Source: Elusimicrobiota bacterium
GTDB lineage: Bacteria; Elusimicrobiota; Elusimicrobia; Elusimicrobiales; UBA9959
Reading direction: 5' to 3'
DNA length: 64,000 bases
Assembly (NCBI GenBank): GCA_027340875.1
Contig: DAIENX010000008.1
Span: 32,001-96,000 of the forward strand
The translations under genes and the position numbers were made by a program. Numbering within the stretch: the stretch's first letter is position 1; every line of letters starts with the position of its first letter. Below the pieces are notes generated by a model. That model was not told the origin of the DNA. It searched no databases and saw only the letters and a list, made by a program, of their open reading frames with translations. Of the stretch, positions 20,003 through 30,319 are shown in pieces.

Positions 20003-20919
20003 ATGAAAAATATCGTGAAACATTCCAAGTGGCTGGCCGGCCTCGCGCTTCTGTCGGCGCTGGGCCTGGCGGGCTATGTGCGCTACGAGAGGATGTCGGT
20101 CCGCAGAGACCTCTCGGATTTCATCCGCGAGGCCAGCCGCGGCGACCTGAAGCTGGACCTGCAGGAATCCGGGGAGCTGGTCTCAAGGGATTCGGTGGAC
20201 GTTTTCCCTCCCGGGCGCGGCTTCATAGTCGAGGTGCTTAAGAAGGAGGGCGAGTACGTCGATAAGGGCGAGAAGATACTCATGTTCAAGGGCGGCGAGC
20301 GCATAGACTCCGACCAGTACAAGCCCGTGCCGATAGCGGCCTCGCGCGCAGGCCTGCTGACGCGCTGCATAGACCGCTACGGGAGGACATCCGACGAGGT
20401 GCGCGAGGGGAACCGCGTGGACAACGCCAGCAACTGCGTCATGCGCATAGTCGACATGAATACGCTGGCGGTGAACCTGCAGGTAAGCGAGCTTAATATC
20501 TTCAAGCTTAAGCGCGGCATGCCCGTCTCTTTGACCTTTACCGCCATACCCGGCATGAAGTTCTCCGGCAGGATATACGTGATAGCTCCGATGGCCGAGT
20601 CCAAGAACAGCGGCTGGATGGGCGGCGGCTCCAAGGTCTTCCGCGTAGTTATAAACCTGGAGCACCCGGACAAGCAGCTGCGCGTCGGCATGAGCGCCGT
20701 AGTGACGGCCGACCTGAAGGCCAAGAAGGACGTGCTGAAGGCCCCGATAGAGACGCTGTTCCAGGAGGGGCTGAACTATTATGTCTACCGGCAGAAGAAG
20801 GGTTATGAAGCGGATAAGATACAGGTCTATCCCGGCATGAGGTCCGAGGCCGAGGTGGAACTGGCGGGGCAGGTGAAGCCCGGGGACAAGCTTTTTACCG
20901 TCCTGCCGGAGACGCTTAA

Positions 20920-20923
<4 letters not shown>
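20003..20923 (+). CDS. Periplasmic adaptor (MFP/MacA family) lacking the alpha-hairpin
   Basis: N-terminal TM, lipoyl half-motifs (KEGEYVDKGEKI), VSELNIFKLKRG, LRVGMSA. Confidence 0.8.
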
Positions 20924-21581
<658 letters not shown>

Positions 21582-21585
<4 letters not shown>

Positions 21586-22886
21586 GAGAACTTTTCAACG
21601 CGGCGCGCACCGGCATCACCGAGATCTGGGCCCACAAGACCCGCTCGGCGCTGAGCTTCCTGGCCATAGCGGCCGGCTCCGTGGTGTTCATCGACGCGTC
21701 CTCCGCCATAGTGAACACCTATTCCAGCCTCAGGTCGCAGCGGGAGGTTTCCGGCATCGCGCGCATGAAGGTGTCGGCCAACAGCGCGATGAGCTTCTCG
21801 GACCCGGACGCCGGTTACCGGGAGTCCCCCAAGATAACGTACGACGACGTGCTCGAGCTGAGCAGAAGGATCCCCGGTCTTTACATGGTCTCCCCGGAGG
21901 AGCGCGTCTACTGGAACGTCGTGAGCTACGGGGGCCGGCGTTACATAGCCAGTACCTACGGAGTGACTCCCGACTGGACCAAGCGAGATTTTACCTATAA
22001 GCTGCGCGGCCGCTTCATAAACAAGTACGACATGGAGCATAAGCAGCGCGTCTGCGTGCTTATCCGGAAGGCGCCGCCTCCGCCGCGCAACGACCTGCAG
22101 AAGACCTGGGAGAAGGGGTGGGGGAACATCACCGGTCCTTTCGACAACCTGTTGTCGCACGGCGACATGCTGGGGAAGACTGTGAATATGGGCGGGCTCA
22201 CTTTCACCGTGGTAGGCGTGCTGGACCAGCTGCCGTATTCCGAGCGCCCCGACACCATCCTCGGGTATAACAGGGACTCCCAGGTCCTGGCCCCGCTGAC
22301 TACCCTGGACAGCTACAGCAGCAGCTTCCGCACTGCCGATACGCTGGACGTCAATATAGACACCGGCGACGAGGCCACCTTCGGCGAGACGATGCGGAAG
22401 ATACGGAACTTCTTCAAGATACGCTTCGGCAGCGAGGACGCCTTCCTGCTGGAGGACCAGATGGGCATGATACGCGAGACCATCGCCAAGAGGATCAAGA
22501 ACGCTCTGGTAACGATATCCCTGGGCATGCTGGCCTTCCTGGCCGGCGGCATAGGCATCATGAACGTGACCCTTGCCACCGTGTTCGCCCGCACCAGGGA
22601 GATCGGCATACGGCGGGCCATAGGCGCCAGTCGCAGGGATATCATGCTGCAGTTCATGGTCGAGGCGGTAATGCTCGGTACCATAGGCGGCGTGCTCGGT
22701 TCCGCGCTGGGCTGGCTTTGGGACGGACCGATAAAGGTGATACTGGGGATGGGCGGCAGTCACATAGAGGCCTGGATCCCGCTGGCTTCGGTCCTGATAG
22801 CCGCCTTTACCGCTTTCGCCTTCGCCATCTACCCGGCCTGGGTAGCGGCCAGCCTGAATCCCGCCGACGCGCTGCGCGCGGAATAG
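21582..22886 (+). CDS. ABC transporter permease (MacB/FtsX family)
   Basis: GGIGIMNV, RTREIGIRRAIGA, QFMVEA, YPA..AASLNPADALR. Confidence 0.92.
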
Positions 22887-22887
22887 C

Positions 22888-23394
22888 GTGAAGCCGGTAA
22901 GGTCCTTTCCTCCCTCGGCGGGCCGTTCGGCCCGCATCCTGGTCCTGGGCAGCATGCCGGGCGAGGCCTCTCTGCGCGCCGGGCAGTATTACGCCCACCC
23001 GCGCAACGCCTTCTGGCTGATAATGGAGGATATCTTCGGTCCGGCCGGCCCCGTATACTCCCGCAGGCTCGCCCTGCTGAAGCGCAACGGAGTGGCGTTG
23101 TGGGACGTGCTCGGTTCCTGCGTCAGACCGGGAAGCTCCGACGCCGCAATAAGACGCTCCTCCATCCGGCATAACGATATCGCAGGTTTCCTTTCGGCGC
23201 ATCCAGGGATAGAACGGGTGGTCTTTAACGGCTCCAAGGCGGAGGAATGCTTCAGGCGCCGCGTTCTGCCGGACCTTCCTGTCCGGTTTTCACGTCTGGA
23301 ATACCTGCGCCTGCCTTCCACCAGCCCGGCGTACGCCTCGGTCCCGTACTCGGCCAAGCTGAGCGCCTGGCGCCGGGCCCTGACCCGGGAGTGA
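22888..23394 (+). CDS. Hypoxanthine (deoxyinosine) DNA glycosylase, UDG family 6
   Basis: ILVLGSMPG, QYYAHPRNAFW, LWDV, FNG, LPSTSPA. Confidence 0.88.
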   Translation: MKPVRSFPPSAGRSARILVLGSMPGEASLRAGQYYAHPRNAFWLIMEDIFGPAGPVYSRRLALLKRNGVALWDVLGSCVRPGSSDAAIRRSSIRHNDIAGFLSAHPGIERVVFNGSKAEECFRRRVLPDLPVRFSRLEYLRLPSTSPAYASVPYSAKLSAWRRALTRE

Positions 23395-23431
23395 ATTCCG
23401 GGCCGCGGCCGTCAATTTGTATACTGATATC

Positions 23432-24130
23432 ATGCACCTCCTCAAGCGCGTTCTGCCGTTGCTGCTTTCGCTGTCTCTGGGCGGCTGCGGAGCCAAGTTC
23501 TATCTGCTCCAGCTGTTCGGTCCCGACCACCACTACGTCGGCTCCGCCCAGGCCGTGGCCTCCATCCCGGCCCCGCCGGCGCCCGGTTCCCCGCAGGACC
23601 TGGCCGATATAGCCGTCCTCCGCGACTGGCAGACGAAACGCACCGCGGACGACTGCGCGGCCGCCAAGGCGCAGTCACGCGCCGACTATGACGCCTTCTT
23701 CGGCGGGGTCTCCCCGTTCCCGGACCCGCTGCCTGACGAGGCCTCCTCCATACTTTTCTGGGTCTATTATGACGGCTCCAGGGCGGCTTCTGCGGCGAAA
23801 AAGAAGTTCGGCCGGTCGCGGCCTTTTCTGCGCTACCGCGACCTCAAGCCCTGCTTGGGTACCGTATCCGGGCTGGCCTATCCCAGCGGGCATGCCACGG
23901 TCTCCAGGCTGCTAGCGCGCGTACTTTCGGACGTCTACCCGCCAGGAAGGGCGGAGATCATGGCCAGGGCGGACCAGGCCGCCCTTAACAGGGTCATAGG
24001 CGGGGTCCACCACCCATCCGACATCGAGGCCGGCAAGCGCCTTGGCGACGAGCTGTACGCGGAGCTCCTTACTCAGGATTCCTTTCGCGCCGATCTGGAG
24101 AGGCTGAAAAAGCTGGTCGTAAGGAAATAG
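23432..24130 (+). CDS. PAP2/class A acid phosphatase lipoprotein (PhoN-like)
   Basis: Lipobox LGGC; K-x6-RP, YPSGH, R-x5-H-x3-D motifs. Confidence 0.88.
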   Translation: MHLLKRVLPLLLSLSLGGCGAKFYLLQLFGPDHHYVGSAQAVASIPAPPAPGSPQDLADIAVLRDWQTKRTADDCAAAKAQSRADYDAFFGGVSPFPDPLPDEASSILFWVYYDGSRAASAAKKKFGRSRPFLRYRDLKPCLGTVSGLAYPSGHATVSRLLARVLSDVYPPGRAEIMARADQAALNRVIGGVHHPSDIEAGKRLGDELYAELLTQDSFRADLERLKKLVVRK

Positions 24131-24147
24131 CCCCGGCGGGACGTGAA

Positions 24148-24176
24148 AAAAGCGCGCGGCTAAGCCGCGCGCTTTT
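24148..24176. terminator. Bidirectional intrinsic terminator
   Basis: AAAAGCGCGCGGC-TAA-GCCGCGCGCTTTT between convergent genes. Confidence 0.85.
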
Positions 24177-24198
24177 CTTTTGCCGCCCGATCGGGGGG

Positions 24199-24360
24199 TC
24201 AGCTCTCCGGCTCGAATTCCTCCTTGCCGGCGCCGCAGACGGGGCAGACCCACGTCTCCGGAAGCTTGTCGAACTCCGTGCCGGCGGGGACATTGTTGTC
24301 CGGGTCGCCGACAGCCGGGTCATAGACGTAGCCGCAGAGCTTGCACACGTATTTCTTCAT
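24199..24360 (-). CDS. Rubredoxin (53 aa; absent from the ORF track)
   Basis: Manual translation [61 protein letters not shown]. Confidence 0.97.
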   Translation of the reverse strand: MKKYVCKLCGYVYDPAVGDPDNNVPAGTEFDKLPETWVCPVCGAGKEEFEPES

Positions 24361-24396
24361 TTATCCTCCTGGGATCTTTTCGATCTTGTTCCCGGC

Positions 24397-24777
24397 TCAG
24401 GCCTTCCAGAGCCCGTGCAGGTTGCAGTATTCCCTGGCCACGAGGGTTTTGGGGGTGAAGCACAGGCAGAACACGGCCTCCGGGGCCATGCCCGGCTTCA
24501 GGTATTCGCGGAATATCTTGCCGTCGGCGATCAGCTCTATCCACTCGATGAAATGTTTCTCTTCCATCGGGTGGGCTACGGAGCCTACCTTTACTTTTAC
24601 TCCCTTCTCGGTCTTCTCTATGACCGGGACGTGCTTCTCTTTCGCGGCATCCACCGTGTTCTCCGCGAAGCGCTTCATCTCCTTGCCGCAGCAGACCAGC
24701 GCCCCAGCGCCGCCGTGCAGTACTTCAACGATGTTGCCGCAAAGCTCGCATTTGTAGACCTGCATCCTTTCTATCAT
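24397..24777 (-). CDS. dfx: Desulfoferrodoxin (2Fe superoxide reductase)
   Basis: [11 protein letters not shown] (centre I); [21 protein letters not shown] (centre II). Confidence 0.95.
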   Translation of the reverse strand: MIERMQVYKCELCGNIVEVLHGGAGALVCCGKEMKRFAENTVDAAKEKHVPVIEKTEKGVKVKVGSVAHPMEEKHFIEWIELIADGKIFREYLKPGMAPEAVFCLCFTPKTLVAREYCNLHGLWKA

Positions 24778-24811
24778 GGCATTATCCTCCGTGTTGGGTT
24801 TTAGGCGCCGC

Positions 24812-25357
24812 TCAGACCAGCGCCTTGAGTGCGGTCAGCACCTCTTCGTAATTCGGCTCCTGCGCCACCTCCGGCACGAGCTGGGCGTACTTGACCAGTC
24901 CGTCCTTGTCCACGATGTAGACGGCCCTGGCCAGCAGGCGCAGGTCCTTGATCAGGAGGCCCCAGCCCTTGCCGAAATCCGCCTTCTGGTAGTCCGAGAA
25001 GGTCCTGACCGCCTTTACTCCGGCGGCTCCGCACCAGCGCTTCTGGGCGAACGGCAGGTCCATGCTGACCACTATGACGCCGACGTCGGGGCCGAGGGCT
25101 TCGGCTTCCTTGTTGAACCGGCGGGTCTCCAGGTCGCAGACGGGGGTGTCGAGGGAGGGGACCGAGATCACCACCGTGACCCTTCCGCCGTAGGTGCGGG
25201 AGAACTTCATCGGCAGCATGTCGTTGTCCGTCACCTTGAAGTCGGGGGCCGGCGCTCCGACCTTTATCTCCTCCCCGACGAGCGCCATCGGGCGTCCCTT
25301 CATCGTGACGGTACGCTTCACGGCCTCTTTAGTGGATTCTTCGTTGTTCTCTTCCAT
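24812..25357 (-). CDS. tpx: Thiol peroxidase (atypical 2-Cys peroxiredoxin)
   Basis: [26 protein letters not shown]. Confidence 0.93.
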   Translation of the reverse strand: MEENNEESTKEAVKRTVTMKGRPMALVGEEIKVGAPAPDFKVTDNDMLPMKFSRTYGGRVTVVISVPSLDTPVCDLETRRFNKEAEALGPDVGVIVVSMDLPFAQKRWCGAAGVKAVRTFSDYQKADFGKGWGLLIKDLRLLARAVYIVDKDGLVKYAQLVPEVAQEPNYEEVLTALKALV

Positions 25358-25374
25358 GGTCCCTCCTTCCTTGA

Positions 25375-25947
25375 TTACCAGTTCTCGGCCAGCAGCTCGA
25401 AGTGCGCCTTCGGGTGCGCGCAGGCCGGGCAGTTCTCCGGGGCTGAGTCGCCCTCGTGGGTGTAGCCGCAGTTATGGCAGCGCCAGACCACCTTCCTGTC
25501 CTTCCTGAACACCTTGCCCTCCTGAACGTTCTTCAGGAAAGCGAGGTAGCGGGTCTCGTGGTATTTCTCCGCCACCGATATGGACTCGAAGGTCCTGGCC
25601 ACCGGCTCGAAGCCCTCCTCGCGGGCGGTCTTCGCGAAATCCTGGTAAAGCGTGGTCCATTCCATGTGCTCGCCGGCCGCCGCGGCCTTCAGGTTGGCGG
25701 CGGTGTCGCCTATGGTGCCGGCCGGATAGCTGGCGGTTATCGTCACGTCGCCGCCCTCGAGGAATTTGAAGAAGCGCTTGGCGTGCTCTTTCTCGTGGCC
25801 TGCGGTCTCCTCGAAAGCGTTAGATATCTGCACGTAGCCCTCTTTCTTCGCGGCCGCGGCGAAGTAAGTATAGCGTTTGCGCGCCTGCGATTCCCCCGCG
25901 AAGGCGGCAAGAAGATTCTTCTCGGTCTTGGAACCTTTGAGATTCAT
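25375..25947 (-). CDS. rbr: Rubrerythrin
   Basis: AFAGESQAR, EKEHA, AEKYHE, C-terminal CHNCG..CPACAHP. Confidence 0.95.
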   Translation of the reverse strand: MNLKGSKTEKNLLAAFAGESQARKRYTYFAAAAKKEGYVQISNAFEETAGHEKEHAKRFFKFLEGGDVTITASYPAGTIGDTAANLKAAAAGEHMEWTTLYQDFAKTAREEGFEPVARTFESISVAEKYHETRYLAFLKNVQEGKVFRKDRKVVWRCHNCGYTHEGDSAPENCPACAHPKAHFELLAENW

Positions 25948-26028
25948 GACTTCCTCCTGTATCTATGTAGCACGAACTGCCGGTACCCAACCGGCAGCTG
26001 AGAGAGAGCTAATATTCTACTAAAAATC

Positions 26029-26784
26029 TCAGGTGTTGTTGCCCCGTATGCCGGCGCGCGTGAGAGCGAAGTCGTACTTGACCGGGTCGGACGGCTCTAT
26101 GCTGCTGAAATAGGCGGTTATCTCGGCTGCCGTCCTCATCGAAGTGTCCTTCCTGCGGGTTATCCCCATGCCCATCGAGACCTGGCGCATATGGGTGTCG
26201 AGGGGGATTATCAGCTTGGAGGGGGAAACCCCGGTCCAGACGCCGGGGTCCACGGAGTCCTTCCGTATCATCCACCGCAGGAAGAGGTTCACCCTCTTGA
26301 ATGAGCTTTTATGCTCCGGGCAGGGGGTGAGCGTGGGAGCGCAGGCTTTGCGGTTGAAGGCGTTGATGAAACGGTAAAGGGCCTCTTCCACGTTCGGCTC
26401 ATCGGGCCGGTAGCCCTTGAGAAAAAGCTTTTCCAGGGAGCCGTGCGAGGTCAGCGCTTCCTTTATGTTGAGCAGGAACACCGCCATCTCCTCGCCGGTG
26501 GTGAAGCGGTGCTTGAAGCCGGAAAGGGCCTTCGTGATCGCGGCCGGGGGGGTGTTCTTTATCCACGCCGCAGGGGAGTTCCCCATGGGGGACAAGACCT
26601 TCTCCACGCTCTTGAGTATCTGGTTGACGTTGCCGTAGGCCAGGCAGGCGGCTATCAGGCCCACTACCTCGCGGTCCGCCGCGCTCCTGTAGCGCCAGAC
26701 GAACTCCAGCGGGTCCGGGTGTATGTATTCCGGCCGGTTCATCTCCCGGTAGATCTTCTCCAGGTATTTCCGTGAGGGAGGCAT
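26029..26784 (-). CDS. TIGR02757/DUF2400 family protein
   Basis: DPL, LAYG, KR.NLFLRWM.R, IIPLDTH, DPVKYDFAL. Confidence 0.88.
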   Translation of the reverse strand: MPPSRKYLEKIYREMNRPEYIHPDPLEFVWRYRSAADREVVGLIAACLAYGNVNQILKSVEKVLSPMGNSPAAWIKNTPPAAITKALSGFKHRFTTGEEMAVFLLNIKEALTSHGSLEKLFLKGYRPDEPNVEEALYRFINAFNRKACAPTLTPCPEHKSSFKRVNLFLRWMIRKDSVDPGVWTGVSPSKLIIPLDTHMRQVSMGMGITRRKDTSMRTAAEITAYFSSIEPSDPVKYDFALTRAGIRGNNT

Positions 26785-26805
26785 GGGATAATTATAGCGA
26801 AAAGC

Positions 26806-26840
26806 AGCCGGGCAGAGGCTCTCTCCTTCCTCCGCCCGGC
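26806..26840 (-). terminator. Probable terminator of the norZ-rrf2 operon
   Basis: Minus strand GCCGGGCGGAGG..CCTCTGCCCGGC followed by TGCTTTT. Confidence 0.55.
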
Positions 26841-26853
26841 CTTTCCGATCCTG

Positions 26854-27270
26854 TCAGTTCCTTTCTTTAGCCGGCCTGGTGAAACTGCTTATCCGGGTCT
26901 TCAGCACCGCCTCGAAGCGCCTGTTGGTCTCGTTCAGGAAGCCCCTGAAAGGGCAACGGGTCCTTTTGCAGTGCTTCGAGCCCATCAGGCAGTTGGCGTA
27001 TTCGGCCTTGCCTTCGATGGCGTCGACCACGTCGCCTACGGTGGCGGCGCCGCCCCTGGTGGTCAGCCTGAAGCCGCCTTTCGGGCCGCGCACCGGGGCC
27101 ACCAGGCCGCTCCTGGTAAGGCGCTGCATCACCTTGGCCAGGTGGTTGTAGGAGACCCCCAGCTCTTCGGCGATGTCGGGCGTGGTCCTCAGCCCCTCGC
27201 TCTCCGCTATCACTTCCACGGCGTGCAGCCCCAGTATGGCGGCTTCGGACATGTTCAGCAGCAGTTTCAT
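26854..27270 (-). CDS. Rrf2 family transcriptional regulator with 3 Cys (Fe-S, NsrR/IscR-like)
   Basis: wHTH with VRGPKGGF; C-x6-C-x4-C near the C-terminus. Confidence 0.9.
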   Translation of the reverse strand: MKLLLNMSEAAILGLHAVEVIAESEGLRTTPDIAEELGVSYNHLAKVMQRLTRSGLVAPVRGPKGGFRLTTRGGAATVGDVVDAIEGKAEYANCLMGSKHCKRTRCPFRGFLNETNRRFEAVLKTRISSFTRPAKERN

Positions 27271-27284
27271 CGGGTTCCAGTCCT

Positions 27285-29549
27285 TTATATAGGCCGGCAG
27301 GACCCCGCTTTGTAGACTTCCTGGTCCTCGGCGCAGTGTATCGGCCTTATTTTAGCATAGGTCTTGAGCAGGAACCAGAACAGCAGCACCGCGCCGATGA
27401 TGACCATCGTGTCCGGGATCGCGCGCAGCTCCAGCAGTTTCTCTATGACGGGGATGCTGTAGAACGACGCGCTCCTGGCGGCCCAGACGCCGTGCTTGTA
27501 GGCCAGCGCCGTCTGCGCGAGGCCCACCGGCAGCAGCGTTATCGCGCACATAAGGGCAAGTCCGGAGTTCAGCAGCCAGAAGGTCCACGACAGCAGCTTG
27601 CCGTCCCAGGCCTCGTCGCTGACGAGCGAGCGCCAGGAGAACAGCAGGATGGCCAGCGACAGCATGCCGTACACGCCGAACAGCGCGGCATGGCCGTGGT
27701 TGGCCGTCAGGTACGTGCCGTGCTCGAAGTAGTTCACCACCGGCAGGTTGATCGTGAAGCCGAACACGCCGGCCCCCACGAAGTTCCAGAAGCTGGAGGC
27801 GGTGATGAACAGCAGCGGCCACCGGTACGGGAACTGGCGCCCGGAGTCCTGGATGGCCTTGTACTCCATCCACGCCCGGACCACCAGCAGGATCAGCGGT
27901 ATGGGCTCCAGCGAGGAGAAGACCGACCCCAGCGCCAGCCAGTAGGACGGGCCGCCGTACCAGTAGTAATGGTGCGCGGTGCCGATGATGCCGCTGGCGA
28001 AGACCAGCGTGGCCGTGAAGTAGGCCACCTTCATCGCCTCCTTTTTGTCGGCCAGGCCGAGCATCACCAGGAACATCGAGATCACGGCCACGCCGAAGAA
28101 CTCGAAGATGCCCTCTACCCACAGGTGCACCACGAACCAGCGCCAGTAGTCGGCCACGGTCAGGTGGGTGCCCTTGCCGTAGAACAGGCCGAAGCCGAAG
28201 AAGCCCACCACCATGATGGCGCTCAGCACGTAGAAGGCCACCACGCCGCTCTCGTCGGCCTTGGGCCCGTAGAGGCGGTCCTTAAGTCCGCGGTACACGA
28301 TCAGCAGCCAGGCTATCAGGCCGACGAACAGCAGTATCTGCCAGAAGCGGCCCATCTCCAGGTATTCCCAGCCCTGGTGGCCGAACCAGAACCAGGCCTT
28401 CTCGCTGAAATAGCCGTTTATCCCGAGGGCCGTGCCAGCCAGGCTGCCGACGGCCACTATAAGCACGGCTCCGAAAAGCAGGTTGACCAGCGTACCCTGC
28501 CCGCGCGGCTCCCTGCCGCTTATGACCGGGGCCAGGTAGATGGAGGCGCCTATCCAGGTGGCCGCTATCCAGAGTATAGCCAGCTGCAGATGCCAGCTCT
28601 TCGCGAGGCTGTAGGGGACCAGCTTCGCCACGATAGCGGGGTAGAAGCTGGCCGGGCTGGTGGTGTAATGGGCCAGCAGGCCGCCCATCAGCGTCTGCAC
28701 TATGAAGAGAAGAGAGACCACGAGGAAGAACTTGGCCGCCTTCACCTGGCTGGAGGTCAGCGGCAGCTCGGTCAGGGCCTTGGCTATGGCCTCGCTCTTG
28801 GTCTCGCCGTAGAAAAGGTGGTACCGGTGCACGACGTAGATGACCAGGCCCAGGACCAGGAACAGCCCTATGACGGAGATCACGCTCCAGATGAAGGAGC
28901 CGTCGGACATAGTGTTGCCTACGCTGGCGTCGGGAGGCCAGTTGTTGGTGTAGGTGATGTCCTCGCCGGGCCTGTCGGTGCCGGCCACCCAGGCCGTCCA
29001 GAAGAAGAACTTGCTGATGGCCGAGGCTTCGGCCTCGGTCTTGACCGTATCCGGCAGGAAGCCGTAGCCCTTATCGCCGTTCCGGAGCATGCCGCTCCAG
29101 TGTTCGGTGACCTTCTGCAGGGCGTAGGCCCTGGCGGGGGAGACCAGCAGGGTGCGGGAGGACGGGTCGTAGGTGTTGGCCTTTATCTCCTTTATTACGG
29201 CGGCGTCCACGGAAGCCTTCTGCTCCGCCGGCAGGGCCTCGTAGGCGGAGCCGTACTTGCCCGCGTAGAAGTCCCGCATGTAGACGCCGGTCAGGTGCAG
29301 CGTCTCGGCCGAGAACTCCGGCCCGCGCAGCGTGCCGTGGCCCCAGACGCTGCCGTGGTCCATCAGGCCGTACTTCTGGTAGACGCCCTGTCCTTCCAGG
29401 ATATCCCCGCCGGTGGCCAGCGTGGCCTCCCCGGAAACTATCCTGTCAGGGTAGGGGGCGAGCTTGCGCATGGCGAAGTAGCCTCCGCCGAGAAGCGTAA
29501 GCATCGAAAGCACGAAGCTTGCGACGGCTAATCTTTTTAATCCTTGCAT
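27285..29549 (-). CDS. norZ: Quinol-dependent nitric oxide reductase (qNor)
   Basis: GSVWGHG, YTNNWP, HLWVEGIFE, GTAHHYYW, LEPIP, HGHAALFGVYG; SD AGGAGAGG. Confidence 0.93.
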   Translation of the reverse strand: MQGLKRLAVASFVLSMLTLLGGGYFAMRKLAPYPDRIVSGEATLATGGDILEGQGVYQKYGLMDHGSVWGHGTLRGPEFSAETLHLTGVYMRDFYAGKYGSAYEALPAEQKASVDAAVIKEIKANTYDPSSRTLLVSPARAYALQKVTEHWSGMLRNGDKGYGFLPDTVKTEAEASAISKFFFWTAWVAGTDRPGEDITYTNNWPPDASVGNTMSDGSFIWSVISVIGLFLVLGLVIYVVHRYHLFYGETKSEAIAKALTELPLTSSQVKAAKFFLVVSLLFIVQTLMGGLLAHYTTSPASFYPAIVAKLVPYSLAKSWHLQLAILWIAATWIGASIYLAPVISGREPRGQGTLVNLLFGAVLIVAVGSLAGTALGINGYFSEKAWFWFGHQGWEYLEMGRFWQILLFVGLIAWLLIVYRGLKDRLYGPKADESGVVAFYVLSAIMVVGFFGFGLFYGKGTHLTVADYWRWFVVHLWVEGIFEFFGVAVISMFLVMLGLADKKEAMKVAYFTATLVFASGIIGTAHHYYWYGGPSYWLALGSVFSSLEPIPLILLVVRAWMEYKAIQDSGRQFPYRWPLLFITASSFWNFVGAGVFGFTINLPVVNYFEHGTYLTANHGHAALFGVYGMLSLAILLFSWRSLVSDEAWDGKLLSWTFWLLNSGLALMCAITLLPVGLAQTALAYKHGVWAARSASFYSIPVIEKLLELRAIPDTMVIIGAVLLFWFLLKTYAKIRPIHCAEDQEVYKAGSCRPI

Positions 29550-29574
29550 GTTCCTCTCCTTCCTAATTAGATAA

Positions 29575-29612
29575 CAGGTACTAGAATACCAGAATAGCGC
29601 GGCGGCTGTCAA
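29575..29612 (-). promoter_or_regulatory. norZ promoter with a palindromic candidate Rrf2 operator over the -10 box
   Basis: Minus strand TTGACA-18nt-TATTCT; dyad CAGGTACTAGAATACCAG at 29575-29592. Confidence 0.5.
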
Positions 29613-29745
29613 GCGCGCGTCGGAAACAGGATGCCGCCCCGTTATGGCCCGCACCGACGGGAGGGGATGCCAGGATTTGTGCCGTGGAACTTAAAATCGT
29701 AGAATATCTGCGTAGTACTACCCACTTTCCAGTTGCGAGGTGCTT

Positions 29746-30270
29746 ATGCTGAAGGCAGCGATCATCATGGGAAGCGATTCAGACCTGGGAGTACTGTCGG
29801 CAGCCGCCAAAGTCCTCGAGCAGTTCAAAGTACCCTTCGAGATAAAGATACTGTCCGCCCACCGCACCACCGAGGCGGCCCTCTCGTTCGCCGCCGACGC
29901 TGAAAGCAACGGCTTCGGCGTCATCATCGCCGGAGCCGGCGCCGCCGCGCACCTGCCCGGCGTTCTGGCCGCGGCCACGGCGCTGCCGGTAATAGGCGTG
30001 CCGGTGAACGCCACTCCTCTGGCCGGCATGGACGCGCTGCTCTCCATAGTCCAGATGCCTCCCGGCATACCGGTGGCGACGGTGGGGGTGAACAACGCCA
30101 AGAACGCCGGCCTGCTGGCCGTGCAGGTGCTGTCGCTCACCGAGAAGCGCCTGCGGACCGAGTTCAAGGCGGACAGGGAGATGATGAAGGCCGGCGTGCT
30201 GGCCAAGAACGCGGAGCTGGAGAAGATAGGCTATAGGAAATACCTGGAAAAGACCGAAAAGAAGAAATAG
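29746..30270 (+). CDS. purE: N5-CAIR mutase (class I PurE)
   Basis: IMGSDSD, SAHRT, AGAAAHLPG, QMPPGIPVATV. Confidence 0.96.
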   Translation: MLKAAIIMGSDSDLGVLSAAAKVLEQFKVPFEIKILSAHRTTEAALSFAADAESNGFGVIIAGAGAAAHLPGVLAAATALPVIGVPVNATPLAGMDALLSIVQMPPGIPVATVGVNNAKNAGLLAVQVLSLTEKRLRTEFKADREMMKAGVLAKNAELEKIGYRKYLEKTEKKK

Positions 30271-30319
30271 CAGTCGGCCGCGGCGCTGACCGGCAGTCTA
30301 CCTTAATTTAAAGAAGGAG

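Noticed and set aside
27285..29549. Nitric oxide dismutase (Nod)
   Set aside because: Canonical qNor ligands HLWVEG..E, HH and LEP are intact; the Nod-type substitutions are absent.
29613..29745. Purine or PRPP (ykkC) riboswitch before purE
   Set aside because: No recognisable consensus; TAGAAT lies about 40 nt before the start, leaving no room for an aptamer.
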